The notes beneath the pieces were generated by a model. The model did not search any database. It was given only the letters and a program-made list of their open reading frames with translations, and was not told the DNA's origin. DNA of 61,672 bases, from assembly GCA_027045065.1 (NCBI GenBank), contig JALUBE010000120.1:1-61672 (forward strand), in the 5' to 3' direction. Source of the DNA: Desulfurellales bacterium. Its GTDB lineage: Bacteria > Campylobacterota_A > Desulfurellia > Desulfurellales > Hippeaceae. Of this stretch, positions 40,142 through 49,765 are shown in pieces (within the stretch, counting starts at the first letter, position 1; the number at the start of each line of letters is the position of its first letter). The translations under genes and the position numbers were made by a program.

Positions 40142-40305
40142 TTTTACACAGTTTCAATTTGTGCTTAAACTTCCAAAGAAGTTATTGTAACAAGGATTAA
40201 CTATCAAATCACTTGTTTTTTTAAGTTCGATAATTCGATAAATACTTGAAAAAATCCAAATAAATGTTTATTTAATGGATTAAACCTTAAAAAAGGGGGT
40301 ATATA

Positions 40306-41334
40306 ATGGGTGAACGGGAGAGACAGGATCGTTTTAATAAGTTGGATGGTGCTCATTTGCTTTGGGCAAGTACGATGGGTGCGACGTTTGACTTGGGTAT
40401 TATGTCTAAAGCCATGCTCATACCGTCAATGAAAACAGCAGCGCAGAGATTAGCAAGACACGAGATGCAGAATGGAACGTTTCCCTTTATTGATGGAAAA
40501 CCCCTCAATACGGAGCTTTACAAAAGTATCTTTGATGATCTGAATAACTTCATATTATTTGCTACGGATTATGAGATTGAAGGGGATGACAAGCATGTGG
40601 TTATGAAGATACATAAAGACAGATGCATGTACTGTCCTACAGGTGTGGGTGGAGCGCTACTTGGAACAACAATATGCCCCTATCCACAACTTTTCAGCGT
40701 ATATCTCGACATGGTGATAAAAAACGGTTTCTATTACAAAAAGGTTGAGATGATAAAGGAAACCGATGGTTCCTATATGAGGAGAGAGGGTGATTATGAT
40801 ATTATCGAGTTCAAGATAGAGGACGATGATAATTTTAAGTTCATAGTGGATGTGTTGTTTGAAGGTGTTAAAAGGATAGAGGAAACATTTGAAAAGGCAA
40901 TAAATGATGGCGTTATATCAGAGGAGGACTTGTGGGATAGAAACTATATACCCGTTCCGAATACAAATCCTCAAAAGTATAGGACAAAGTTTACAGATTT
41001 TGCTAAACAGTATATTCAGCCAATGGAGGACGAGTTGTTATCCAAGCATAAAAAGTTCAGTTTTGTTGTTTTGGTTGATGAAAACGGTTATTTACCATCT
41101 CACAATTCGGTTTATGATAAACCGTTAACGGGGGATTATAAAAAGGATTTGATTGGTAATAGGTCTATGAGGATATTTAATGACTTTACGGGTATTTCTG
41201 CAGCTAAAAACGCAAGGAAGTACCTTCTTCAGTCGTACCCACGTGATGTAGGCGTTTTAATGTTTGATATTTCGTCCGAAGTAAAATTAAGAGGTAAACA
41301 CTGGGGTGCTTTGAGGATAGGTTTTAAAATTTAG
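40306..41334 (+). CDS. Fusion of a Cys-containing V4R-like domain and an MCP-associated C-terminal domain
   Basis: CMYC..ICPYP N-domain; C-domain LWDRNYIPVPNTNPQKY...VDENGYLPSHN...RIFND.TG...LLQSYPRD...HWGALRIG. Confidence 0.6.
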   Translation: MGERERQDRFNKLDGAHLLWASTMGATFDLGIMSKAMLIPSMKTAAQRLARHEMQNGTFPFIDGKPLNTELYKSIFDDLNNFILFATDYEIEGDDKHVVMKIHKDRCMYCPTGVGGALLGTTICPYPQLFSVYLDMVIKNGFYYKKVEMIKETDGSYMRREGDYDIIEFKIEDDDNFKFIVDVLFEGVKRIEETFEKAINDGVISEEDLWDRNYIPVPNTNPQKYRTKFTDFAKQYIQPMEDELLSKHKKFSFVVLVDENGYLPSHNSVYDKPLTGDYKKDLIGNRSMRIFNDFTGISAAKNARKYLLQSYPRDVGVLMFDISSEVKLRGKHWGALRIGFKI

Positions 41335-41402
41335 ATTTTTCTTGATAATTTCGGTATTTTGTGTATTTTTAAACTTACATGTTGTTGAGGGAGGTTTTGG
41401 GG

Positions 41403-41765
41403 ATGAAAGAGGATGTCATAAACAAAGTTTTGCAGGAGTTCGTTGGTTCAAGTCAGAATATCGAAGGTGCTGCTTTAGTTACATCCGACGGTTTGATGAT
41501 AAGTAGCTACCTACCGACAAATATGGATGAAGATAGGGTTTCGGCTATGTCGGCAGCACTTCTGTCTCTATCTGAAAGGGCCGTCGAGGAGCTTGAGAAG
41601 GGTGTTCCACAGCAGGTAACAATTAAAGGTGATAAAGGTTACATAGTCATAACATCTGCAGGCGAAGAAGCAGTGTTAATGGCGATGGCAGATGTTAAGG
41701 TCAAACTCGGTTTGCTCTACATGGAGATTAAGAACGCTGCGGAGAAGATCAAGAAAGCTCTATGA
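41403..41765 (+). CDS. Roadblock/LC7 (MglB-like) protein
   Basis: IEGAALVTSDGLMISS, DRVSAMSAALLSL, KLGLL; start ATG 41403 after GGAGG. Confidence 0.9.
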   Translation: MKEDVINKVLQEFVGSSQNIEGAALVTSDGLMISSYLPTNMDEDRVSAMSAALLSLSERAVEELEKGVPQQVTIKGDKGYIVITSAGEEAVLMAMADVKVKLGLLYMEIKNAAEKIKKAL

Positions 41766-41769
41766 ATGA

Positions 41770-42675
41770 ATGAAAAATGCGACTACGTATATACTTTTAA
41801 TCCTGGCTTGCATTTTCTGGGGCGTTGGTTTCCCCGTTGCAAAAATTGGGGTGGAATACATCCACCCCTTTAGTTTTGCCTTCATACGCTTTTTTCTTGT
41901 TAGCATATTGTTTGTTCTATTCTTCAGGCTTTCACCCTTTAACATTGCTTTAAAACTCAAAGAAAACTTTACCATACTGTTCTTCATGGCTTTAACGGGG
42001 ATACTGCTTTATGGAATATTCTTCCTCTTTGCTTTGAAATTTACCAAAGCTTCAGATGTCTCGCTAATTTCTGGTGCAAATCCCATAATAACGTCCATCA
42101 TTGCCTATCTCTTTTTAAAGGAGAAGACGGGTTTGCTGGGTGTTTTGGGTATATTGCTGTCCTTTGTAGGTGTAGCATTTATTGTTTCTGGCGGGAGCTT
42201 AAATACGATAGTTAAAATGGACTTCAACACAGGTGATCTTCTAATGCTTACGGCTACGACGATGTGGGCTATTTATTCGGTTTTGACAAAAAGGGCGCTA
42301 TTGAGGATTGATATATTCGAGGCCGTTTGTCTCACATCGTTTATCGGTTCGTTGATGTTTCTACCTTTGGCTTTGATATTTGGTCACCTACAGAGTTTAA
42401 TCAATTATCCTCTTGTTGGTTGGTTGAGTGTGCTTTATATGGTGTTTTTTTCAACAATATTTGCTTTCAGCGCCTGGTATAAGGGAATTGAGCAGATAGG
42501 AGCTTCCCGTTCAAGTGTATTTGTTAACCTTGTGCCTGTTTTTGGCGTTTTGACATCTATTGTTTTGTTGGGCGAAACCTTGAAGTTATATGAAATTGTT
42601 GGCGGTGCCTTTGTGATCTTGGGTGTAATATTGACAAATAGGAAACCAAATGCGATTAAAGTTAAAAGAAGGTAG
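41770..42675 (+). CDS. DMT/EamA family transporter
   Basis: About 10 TM helices, FWG, GDLLML..WAIYSV, NLVPVFG..LLGE. Confidence 0.88.
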   Translation: MKNATTYILLILACIFWGVGFPVAKIGVEYIHPFSFAFIRFFLVSILFVLFFRLSPFNIALKLKENFTILFFMALTGILLYGIFFLFALKFTKASDVSLISGANPIITSIIAYLFLKEKTGLLGVLGILLSFVGVAFIVSGGSLNTIVKMDFNTGDLLMLTATTMWAIYSVLTKRALLRIDIFEAVCLTSFIGSLMFLPLALIFGHLQSLINYPLVGWLSVLYMVFFSTIFAFSAWYKGIEQIGASRSSVFVNLVPVFGVLTSIVLLGETLKLYEIVGGAFVILGVILTNRKPNAIKVKRR

Positions 42676-43699
42676 ATTACTACTTTTCGGCGATTTCACA
42701 TATAGAAACATAAAGGAATTCCAAAGAAGAGTAAAAAACCTCACTTTTGATGAAATAGATGTAAGAAATGCCAAAATTTTGGACACATCCTTTATTGTTT
42801 TTTTGCTTAAAACGGGTAAAGAGATCGTTGCCTCAGACAAACAGAAAGAACTCATTGATATAGTTAGGGGTAATTTGAAAGATAGGCCTCTGAAAGTAAG
42901 GAAAAGGGGGTTTTTCTATGAAGTTGGCTTCTTAACGGTAGAAAAGTTAAAGGAGCTGTACTGTTTTCTTGTGTTTTTAGGTGAGATTTTTGTGAAGGGT
43001 CTTGGGTTATTTTTAAATCCCAAACGGTTCAGATTTAAGATGATAGTCAAGGATATTGAGCTTATGGGTTTTAACGCCATTCCGATTCTTACAACCATTT
43101 CCTTTTTGATAGGCGCAGTTATAGCCTATCATGGATCTGTGAGACTAAAGCAGTTCGGTGCAAATATATTTGTTGTCGATCTTGTGAGCATATCAATACT
43201 CAGGGAACTTGGGCCTTTGATTGTGGCTATACTGCTTGCAGGAAGGAGCGCAAGTTCTTATACAACCCAGATCGGAATAATGAAGGTAACAGAAGAAATA
43301 GATGTGATAAGAACGATGGGGGTTGAGCCGTTCGATGTTTTGGTTTTTCCCAAAATAGTTTCCATGTTGGTTAGTGTTCCTTTGCTTATAATTTTGGCTG
43401 ATATTTCTGGTGTAATCGGTGGAATGGTCGTTGCAAAGCTGTCTTTGGGAGTTACGCCGAAGGACTTCATTTTAAGATTGCATCACGCGATAGACTTGAA
43501 GACCTTTTTAGCGGGTTTGTTGAAAGCACCGGCTTTTGCCTTTTTAATTGCAACAATTGGGTCTTTTAAGGGCTTTAGAACTGAGAAGAACGTTGAGAGT
43601 ATAGGTAAAAGTGTTACGATTAGTGTGGTTGACAGCATATTTGCAGTTATCATTGCAGATGCAATATTTTCAGTTTTGTTCAGATGGCTGGGGATATAA
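42650..43699 (+). CDS. mlaE: MlaE-family ABC permease with N-terminal STAS-like region
   Basis: RELGPLIVAILLAGRS, EEIDVIRTMG; N-terminal LDTS STAS-like motif. Confidence 0.85.
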   Translation: MRLKLKEGRLLLFGDFTYRNIKEFQRRVKNLTFDEIDVRNAKILDTSFIVFLLKTGKEIVASDKQKELIDIVRGNLKDRPLKVRKRGFFYEVGFLTVEKLKELYCFLVFLGEIFVKGLGLFLNPKRFRFKMIVKDIELMGFNAIPILTTISFLIGAVIAYHGSVRLKQFGANIFVVDLVSISILRELGPLIVAILLAGRSASSYTTQIGIMKVTEEIDVIRTMGVEPFDVLVFPKIVSMLVSVPLLIILADISGVIGGMVVAKLSLGVTPKDFILRLHHAIDLKTFLAGLLKAPAFAFLIATIGSFKGFRTEKNVESIGKSVTISVVDSIFAVIIADAIFSVLFRWLGI

Positions 43700-44451
43700 T
43701 TAAAGTCAGAGATTTAAGAGTCTCATATGGTAATAGGGTTGTTTTAGATGGCGTAAATATAAGTGTTAAAGAGGGTGAGATCTATACGATTTTGGGGAGA
43801 AGTGGCAGCGGTAAAACAACGTTAATGAGAGCCATTTTGATGCTTGAAAGATCTGAGGGTATAATTGAGGTTATGGGTGTTGATCTGAACAAAGCAAGCA
43901 ATGAAGATCGGGAACGTATAAAAAGGTACTATGGCGTTATGTTTCAAGCAGCAAGCCTGTTTACATCCTTAACAGTTGGTGAAAATGTGGCAGTGCCACT
44001 GAAAGAGAGTACAAAGCTTGACAGTAATACAGTTTGTGAAATTGTAAGGTTTAAGCTATCTTTGGTCGGCTTGGACGATGATGTTTATAATCTTTACCCT
44101 TATGAGCTTTCAGGTGGCATGAGAAAGAAGGCTGCACTTGCGAGGGCTTTGGTCTTGGATCCAAAGATCATATTCTTGGATGAACCCACAAGTGGCCTGG
44201 ATCCTGTGAGTGCCGATGATTTTGATAGAACCATTGCCGAGCTAAACAAACTGTTGGGTATTACGGTTGTGATGATAACCCACGATTTGGACAGTTTTTT
44301 TGGTATATCCAACAGGGCCTGTGTCATTAGAGATAAAAAGGTTTTGGCTGAAGGCAGCCCTTATGATATTATGCATCAAGATGATGAGTGGCTAAGAAAG
44401 TTGTTCTTTGGTGACAGAGGAAAGAAGTTTACGCAATGGAATCTAAGGTAA
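43684..44451 (+). CDS. mlaF: MlaF-family ABC ATPase
   Basis: GRSGSGKT, LSGGMRKK, LDEPTSGLDP, ITHD. Confidence 0.88.
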   Translation: MAGDIIKVRDLRVSYGNRVVLDGVNISVKEGEIYTILGRSGSGKTTLMRAILMLERSEGIIEVMGVDLNKASNEDRERIKRYYGVMFQAASLFTSLTVGENVAVPLKESTKLDSNTVCEIVRFKLSLVGLDDDVYNLYPYELSGGMRKKAALARALVLDPKIIFLDEPTSGLDPVSADDFDRTIAELNKLLGITVVMITHDLDSFFGISNRACVIRDKKVLAEGSPYDIMHQDDEWLRKLFFGDRGKKFTQWNLR

Positions 44452-45320
44452 ATTACGCCGTTGTTGGTTTGTTTGTCATAGTGTTTGGTATACTGGGTGC
44501 GGTTATTATTGTGTGGCTTGTGGGCTCTGGCAGAATGGAGTCCAACTACAAGAATTACATTGTCTATACAAATGAGAACATATCGGGATTACATGTGGAT
44601 TCTACGGTCAGGTATAAAGGGCTTGATATTGGAAGGGTGTCAAGGGTAGAGATAGACAAAAAACATCCCAATTTTATAAAGATTTTCATTGAAGTAAACA
44701 AAAATATGCCTATAAACAAGAACACAGTAGCTTCGATTTCATCAAGTGGTTTAACGGGAATTTCATACATCGATTTGTATTATTCAAAAAAACCACCAAA
44801 ACTTCCATTTACCTTGAAAGAGAGATATCCAATAATACCGACGGTTCCTACGCGATTTCAACAAATTTTGAGTAATTTACCAGGTGTTTTGAATTCCGTG
44901 AATAAGGCTTTTAATAAAATAAACGCTATTTTTGATCCACACACTGTAAAATCCATCCAAGATACGGCAAAGAATTTGAGTATACTCACAAAGAGTTTGA
45001 AAAGGACAAATTTAGAGGCACAAAAACTCATTAGGGATGCGGATACTTTGGTTGTTTCGTTGAGATCGAATTCGAAAAATGTAGATAAAATTGCTGTTCT
45101 GGTGAAAAAAACACTATTTGATATTGACAATCTGACAATGAATTTAAACCAAACGAACCAGTATGCGAAAGATACAGTGATTAAAGAAAGTTTTGAGACG
45201 TTAAAAGAGGCAAAGAGGACTTTACTTGAGTTCAAACAACTTATTATGGAGATTAAAAGAAACCCGTCTCTGATTATTAGGGGTCGAGAAGGATTCAATC
45301 CAATTGGTGGCGAAAAATGA
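44436..45320 (+). CDS. mlaD: MCE/MlaD domain protein
   Basis: MESKVNYAVVGLFV, SGL..DSTVRYKGLDIG, GLTG..YIDL, helical tail ending NPSLIIRG. Confidence 0.85.
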   Translation: MESKVNYAVVGLFVIVFGILGAVIIVWLVGSGRMESNYKNYIVYTNENISGLHVDSTVRYKGLDIGRVSRVEIDKKHPNFIKIFIEVNKNMPINKNTVASISSSGLTGISYIDLYYSKKPPKLPFTLKERYPIIPTVPTRFQQILSNLPGVLNSVNKAFNKINAIFDPHTVKSIQDTAKNLSILTKSLKRTNLEAQKLIRDADTLVVSLRSNSKNVDKIAVLVKKTLFDIDNLTMNLNQTNQYAKDTVIKESFETLKEAKRTLLEFKQLIMEIKRNPSLIIRGREGFNPIGGEK

Positions 45321-45895
45321 AAAAGGGTATTTTGGCTCTGTCCGTTTTGTTTTTGCTCACTTCTTGCAGCTTAAAACCTTTACCAGGACAGAAGATTGCG
45401 TTTGTAGATGAGGGTTTTAAAGCTCCAAAGAATATGTCGAGCGTCAATTGTAAAATCAATGTGGATTATTTAAACTGCAATAATGCCTTTGATAGCTACA
45501 CCGTCTATGTGCAGACAGGCAAAAATCAACTCGAACCGTTGAGTAATTATGAGTGGATCGATACGCCGTGTGAAATGGTTAAAGGTTCAATTCAAAATGC
45601 CTTGAATAACTCTAATTGCAGTATTGACTTAGGTGCGAGAAATAAACTGTTATTTGACCTGATAAAGTTCCAACCCATATTATTGAGGAATAAGCATTTT
45701 TGCGAGGTAAAAATAGGCTTCCGTTTGTATACAAATAGTGGTCAATACTTTACCATCATTGACAAAAAAGAGAACTTAAAAAGTATTAACCTCTTTGCAT
45801 CGTGCATATCACGATTGGTTGATCGTATAGATAGAGAATTGGTTAAATGGATAAAAGGAAAAATAGAGCCTACCAAAAGGCAGGCTCAAAAGTAG
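45317..45895 (+). CDS. Lipoprotein, probable PqiC-like ABC auxiliary component
   Basis: Lipobox LTSC; YEWIDTP.EMV resembles the PqiC W...P motif; last gene of the MCE operon. Confidence 0.6.
   Translation: MKKGILALSVLFLLTSCSLKPLPGQKIAFVDEGFKAPKNMSSVNCKINVDYLNCNNAFDSYTVYVQTGKNQLEPLSNYEWIDTPCEMVKGSIQNALNNSNCSIDLGARNKLLFDLIKFQPILLRNKHFCEVKIGFRLYTNSGQYFTIIDKKENLKSINLFASCISRLVDRIDRELVKWIKGKIEPTKRQAQK
45866..45887 (-). terminator. Rho-independent terminator for the MCP operon
   Basis: Minus strand GAGCCTGCC-tttt-GGTAGGCTC (one G-U pair) followed by TATTTTT, just past the MCP stop. Confidence 0.6.
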
Positions 45896-45896
45896 T

Positions 45897-47567
45897 TTAA
45901 ACCTTAAACCTTCTTACAATTGAAGTGAGTTTTTCTGAGCTGTTCTTGAGTTCTTCAGATAGAGATGTGATTTGAGAGACAACCTTTGCATTCTCACGTG
46001 CGGCTTCTCTAATCTCTGTAGCTTGTACATTAATCTCAGCCACAGTTGAAGATAGCTCTTCCGTGGCAGCACTTGTTGCATTTATCTCTTCCACAGTTTT
46101 GTTTATCTGTTCTACCATAGCATTGATGTTGTTTTCATCTTCTATGGCTTTTTCCCTCTCCTTTAAGATGCCTTCTTCAGCCTTCTTTGTCATTTCTATG
46201 GATTTTTGTGCATCCTTTTGCATTCTCAAGATCATATCCCTAATTTCTTCCGTAGCTTTTTGGGTTTTTTCGGCTAACTTTCTAACTTCATCGGCAACAA
46301 CGGCAAATCCCCTACCGGCTTCGCCAGCTCTTGCCGCCTCAATAGCTGCATTCAACGCAAGTAGGTTTGTTTGATCTGCGATCTCATTTATGACATTAAC
46401 AATTTGACCAATCTGCTTAGAGGATTCGCCAACTGTATTGATCTGTTCCATAGCTTTTCTTGCCAGTTGAGCATTTTCGTTCATCCTTTGAACTCTTTCT
46501 TCTATATCTTTAAGCATCTGCTGATTGATTTGGCTTACCGTTTCAGCCTGCATATTTATGCCTTCTGTGGATTGAGCAACGTTGTGCACGGCTTCGCTCA
46601 TGTCGTTAATTGCCTGTGTCATCTCTTCTAAATTCTTTGTTGTTTCTTCAACAGTTGCCGACATCTCTGTAGCAGACGTAGCGGTTGTTTCTGATTTACT
46701 CATTACCTCATCCGCGGATTGTCTAATTTCTCTAACCATTTGTTGCAGGGTGTCTAAGAACTTGTTGAGCTTGTTAGCCAAGTTCTCAAACTCATCGTGA
46801 GTGTCAACTTTAACCCTCTTAGTAAGGTCACCCTCACCCGTGACCAGATCCTCAAGACCTTGAGCCATGAGGTTTATTGGTTTTACGAGTTTATTGGATA
46901 GAGCCAAGCCTATGAAAATGACGACAATTAAAGTTATGATAACCACGATAATTGAAACAACTACAGATTTTACTACATCTTTTTTTATTTTCCCAGCGTA
47001 AGCTTGAGCCATGCGTTGAACATTGTCCAAATATAGGCCCGATCCAATGATCCAATTGAGTTTCGGTATGGTGTATACAAAACTTACCTTAGGTGCTATT
47101 CCACCTCCTGGCTTCTTCCACCAATAGCTTACAAAACCTGATCCTTTAGTTTTTGATATTCTTATCATGTCCTGAAAAAGATAGTGTCCTTTTTTGTCTT
47201 TCAAATTATATACATTCTTTCCATTTAGCTGTGGTTTCGGTGGATCGAGAATTAAGGTGCCTTTCTGATCCAGAACAAATAGGTAGTTTCCGTTATCGTA
47301 TCTGAGTTTGCTAAGGTCAGAAAATATAGCCTTTTTTACATCGCTAAGAGGCACACCTTCTTCCACCATTGCTTTGTATTTGCTTGCTGTAAGTTCCACA
47401 ACAGATTTGACCTTGTCTTTTTGAGAATTCAGTAAAGCCGCATAAATTTCGTTTGTTCTGATCTTTATTTGATTTGCGTTCCACCAGATAGCATAAGAAC
47501 CAAAAATTACAAGAAAAATGAATACTGAACCAATACCGTACAACAGTATTTTTGATTTGAAGGACAT
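45897..47567 (-). CDS. Methyl-accepting chemotaxis protein with sCache_2 sensor and HAMP
   Basis: TM-Cache(YLFV..KDKKG..YWWKKP..PK)-TM-HAMP(GDLTKRV..DE)[35 protein letters not shown]. Confidence 0.95.
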   Translation of the reverse strand: MSFKSKILLYGIGSVFIFLVIFGSYAIWWNANQIKIRTNEIYAALLNSQKDKVKSVVELTASKYKAMVEEGVPLSDVKKAIFSDLSKLRYDNGNYLFVLDQKGTLILDPPKPQLNGKNVYNLKDKKGHYLFQDMIRISKTKGSGFVSYWWKKPGGGIAPKVSFVYTIPKLNWIIGSGLYLDNVQRMAQAYAGKIKKDVVKSVVVSIIVVIITLIVVIFIGLALSNKLVKPINLMAQGLEDLVTGEGDLTKRVKVDTHDEFENLANKLNKFLDTLQQMVREIRQSADEVMSKSETTATSATEMSATVEETTKNLEEMTQAINDMSEAVHNVAQSTEGINMQAETVSQINQQMLKDIEERVQRMNENAQLARKAMEQINTVGESSKQIGQIVNVINEIADQTNLLALNAAIEAARAGEAGRGFAVVADEVRKLAEKTQKATEEIRDMILRMQKDAQKSIEMTKKAEEGILKEREKAIEDENNINAMVEQINKTVEEINATSAATEELSSTVAEINVQATEIREAARENAKVVSQITSLSEELKNSSEKLTSIVRRFKV

Positions 47568-47582
47568 AGATCCCTCCTCCTT

Positions 47583-48779
47583 TTAGTTTTTTCTTTTCAA
47601 AATATCTATTGTTTCTCTGTCAAACAATTTAAAATATGGATCATACTGTAAAAGATTATAGATCGTTTCTTTAAAATCTTTCCCCAAAAAGCCATCTGTG
47701 TTTGGCGCAGTTAAATAGCCTTTTGCAAGGTCAATGGATTTTAACGCCATCTCTGAAGCCACATAACCTTTCATGGCACAGCCCTTCTTTGCACCATCGC
47801 AAAACACTCCTCCCGTTCCTTCTATATAATTTTTGAAAGCATCATAAAAGAGTTCAAGTTTATTCTCTAAGTAAAGCAGACCTGCCATAACGCCCACGCC
47901 CGCTGCGTGCACTACACCGCATTCCGATGACACAAATCCAAACTTTGATGTTATGAGTGATGTTATGAGACACGATAGTATTACGGCTTTTTCTACCTCT
48001 TCTTTTTTAAAACCTTTTTCCTTTGCAATATAGGACAAACTCCCAATGGCTACTATTCCCTTATTGCCACTGCCCGCGCAACTTGCAATCTCGACACTAT
48101 CTCCACCCATTCGTGCATAGATTGCCCCATATGCCGGGTTAATTTTAGGCTCTATGTACTTCTTTGAATATTCAATTGCATCAAGGTTTGTTTCAATAGC
48201 CTTTTTTACTTTATCTCTTACATCTCCATCTTTATACAGCTCATCAACCGTTTTTTTCCATACCCTAAAGTCGAAATAATCATCCTCAAACTCGATCTCT
48301 TCCTCTGCCTTTTTAGCTTTTTTCTTGAAAATGTACTCCCCATTCTCTTTTATCTCAACAATGCCTGTATGGGTTTTTCTTGTTACTATCTCAACTTCAT
48401 TACCTATTTCATTAAAAGCACGGGAGTGTATGTAGAGTTCTTTTCTCTCAGATAAATTCACTTCTACTTCGATTTTGCTCTCTGAAACCATTTTAAGTAT
48501 GTTATCATCAATCATTGTGAAGATTTCCAAAGATCTGCTTGTATCACCTATGAAGTATCCCAATAGGGCTGCGTTTTCTGTTCCAGTTAAGCCATTTGAG
48601 TTTGGAATGCCAGCAGCAAAGGCGTTTTTAAAGGTCATTCTATCTATTTCAAGCTGTATTTTCTTTACGTTCTTTAAATACTTTTGAATGTGGGCAGTGT
48701 TGTAGGCAATTGCTGCTGGTTCTGTGCAACCGAGAGAGAACTCTATCATCTTTGACAGTTTTTTAGATAGCTCTTCCAT
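47583..48779 (-). CDS. L-cysteine desulfidase-like (CyuA/YhaM, Fe-S serine dehydratase alpha family)
   Basis: LGCTEPAAIA, KNA..AGIP, ARMGG, GSGNKG, CG, GVFCDGAK.GCA.K. Confidence 0.78.
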   Translation of the reverse strand: MEELSKKLSKMIEFSLGCTEPAAIAYNTAHIQKYLKNVKKIQLEIDRMTFKNAFAAGIPNSNGLTGTENAALLGYFIGDTSRSLEIFTMIDDNILKMVSESKIEVEVNLSERKELYIHSRAFNEIGNEVEIVTRKTHTGIVEIKENGEYIFKKKAKKAEEEIEFEDDYFDFRVWKKTVDELYKDGDVRDKVKKAIETNLDAIEYSKKYIEPKINPAYGAIYARMGGDSVEIASCAGSGNKGIVAIGSLSYIAKEKGFKKEEVEKAVILSCLITSLITSKFGFVSSECGVVHAAGVGVMAGLLYLENKLELFYDAFKNYIEGTGGVFCDGAKKGCAMKGYVASEMALKSIDLAKGYLTAPNTDGFLGKDFKETIYNLLQYDPYFKLFDRETIDILKRKN

Positions 48780-48788
48780 AACATCTCC

Positions 48789-49655
48789 TTAAATATTTAC
48801 GTTTAGTAATTTTCTTGCCAAATATCCTATAACAAATGATATAATGCTCACAGAAAAACTTATGGTAAACATCTCTACAAAGCTCTTTTTAAACGACGCT
48901 TCCTTAACCACAGAAACAAAGAAACTGAAAATTAGAATGACAACAGTTGCATCTAAAAACATCAAAGCTAACGAGTAATAAAAGTTTGTGAAAAGGAAAA
49001 ATGGTATCACTAACGCTAAGACGGTTACGAAGTAAGCAATAGTTGTATAAAAAGCCGCCTTCAGGGGATGACCGCTCTTTTCCGCCTTTTGTGATAAATA
49101 TTCGCTTGATCCCATGCTCAAGGATGCAGATATTCCTGTTACGACACCAACTATACCAATGAGCTTTGCATTTTGCAGTGCTAAAGACACACCAGCCAAA
49201 GCACCTGTAAGCTCAACAATTGCATCGCTGATACCCAGAACCATTGAGCTGATGTATTCGATACGTTCCTCATGTAGCATATCAATTAGTAACTTTTCAT
49301 GTCTTGTTTCATCCTCTAAGATCTTTTTTGCTTCGGGTATGACATTTGATATGGACTTGTAACTTTCTTGGGCATCTGTTTCTGCCGCTTCCATTACCTT
49401 AACGCAGAATACAACACCGAATATCTTTGCAAGAACAACAAAGAATAGAACAACAAGCGGATTTGCTTTTACATCTGTTTGGGTATATTTTTTCAAAATG
49501 TCGTAGTGGGTTAGCTCATCTCCTGCTATTTTTTTTAGTATTTTCCTGTTTTTTTCGCTGACAGACTTCAATGAAGAAAGTTTTAAATAGATCTTGTGAC
49601 CCACGATTTCGTCTTTCTGGTACTTTACAAGATCGGTTTTTAGTCCTTCTCTCAT
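48789..49655 (-). CDS. Rubrerythrin-like + VIT1/CCC1 family iron transporter
   Basis: DE..H ferritin-like pairs (DELTH, DETRH); LGISDAIVE; SM..SEYLS. Confidence 0.82.
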   Translation of the reverse strand: MREGLKTDLVKYQKDEIVGHKIYLKLSSLKSVSEKNRKILKKIAGDELTHYDILKKYTQTDVKANPLVVLFFVVLAKIFGVVFCVKVMEAAETDAQESYKSISNVIPEAKKILEDETRHEKLLIDMLHEERIEYISSMVLGISDAIVELTGALAGVSLALQNAKLIGIVGVVTGISASLSMGSSEYLSQKAEKSGHPLKAAFYTTIAYFVTVLALVIPFFLFTNFYYSLALMFLDATVVILIFSFFVSVVKEASFKKSFVEMFTISFSVSIISFVIGYLARKLLNVNI

Positions 49656-49677
49656 TCTTTTTCAACCTCCCCTTTGG

Positions 49678-49706
49678 AGTATAAAATACGAACTACTTGA
49701 TTGCAA
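49678..49706 (-). promoter_or_regulatory. Putative sigma70 promoter for VIT1-desulfidase-MCP
   Basis: Minus strand TTGCAA-17 nt-TATACT upstream of the GGAGG RBS. Confidence 0.55.
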
Positions 49707-49765
49707 GATTAATCTCTTGTATAAGTTTTATAGTGAAATTTACTTTTTTAAGGGGGAGTTGAGAG

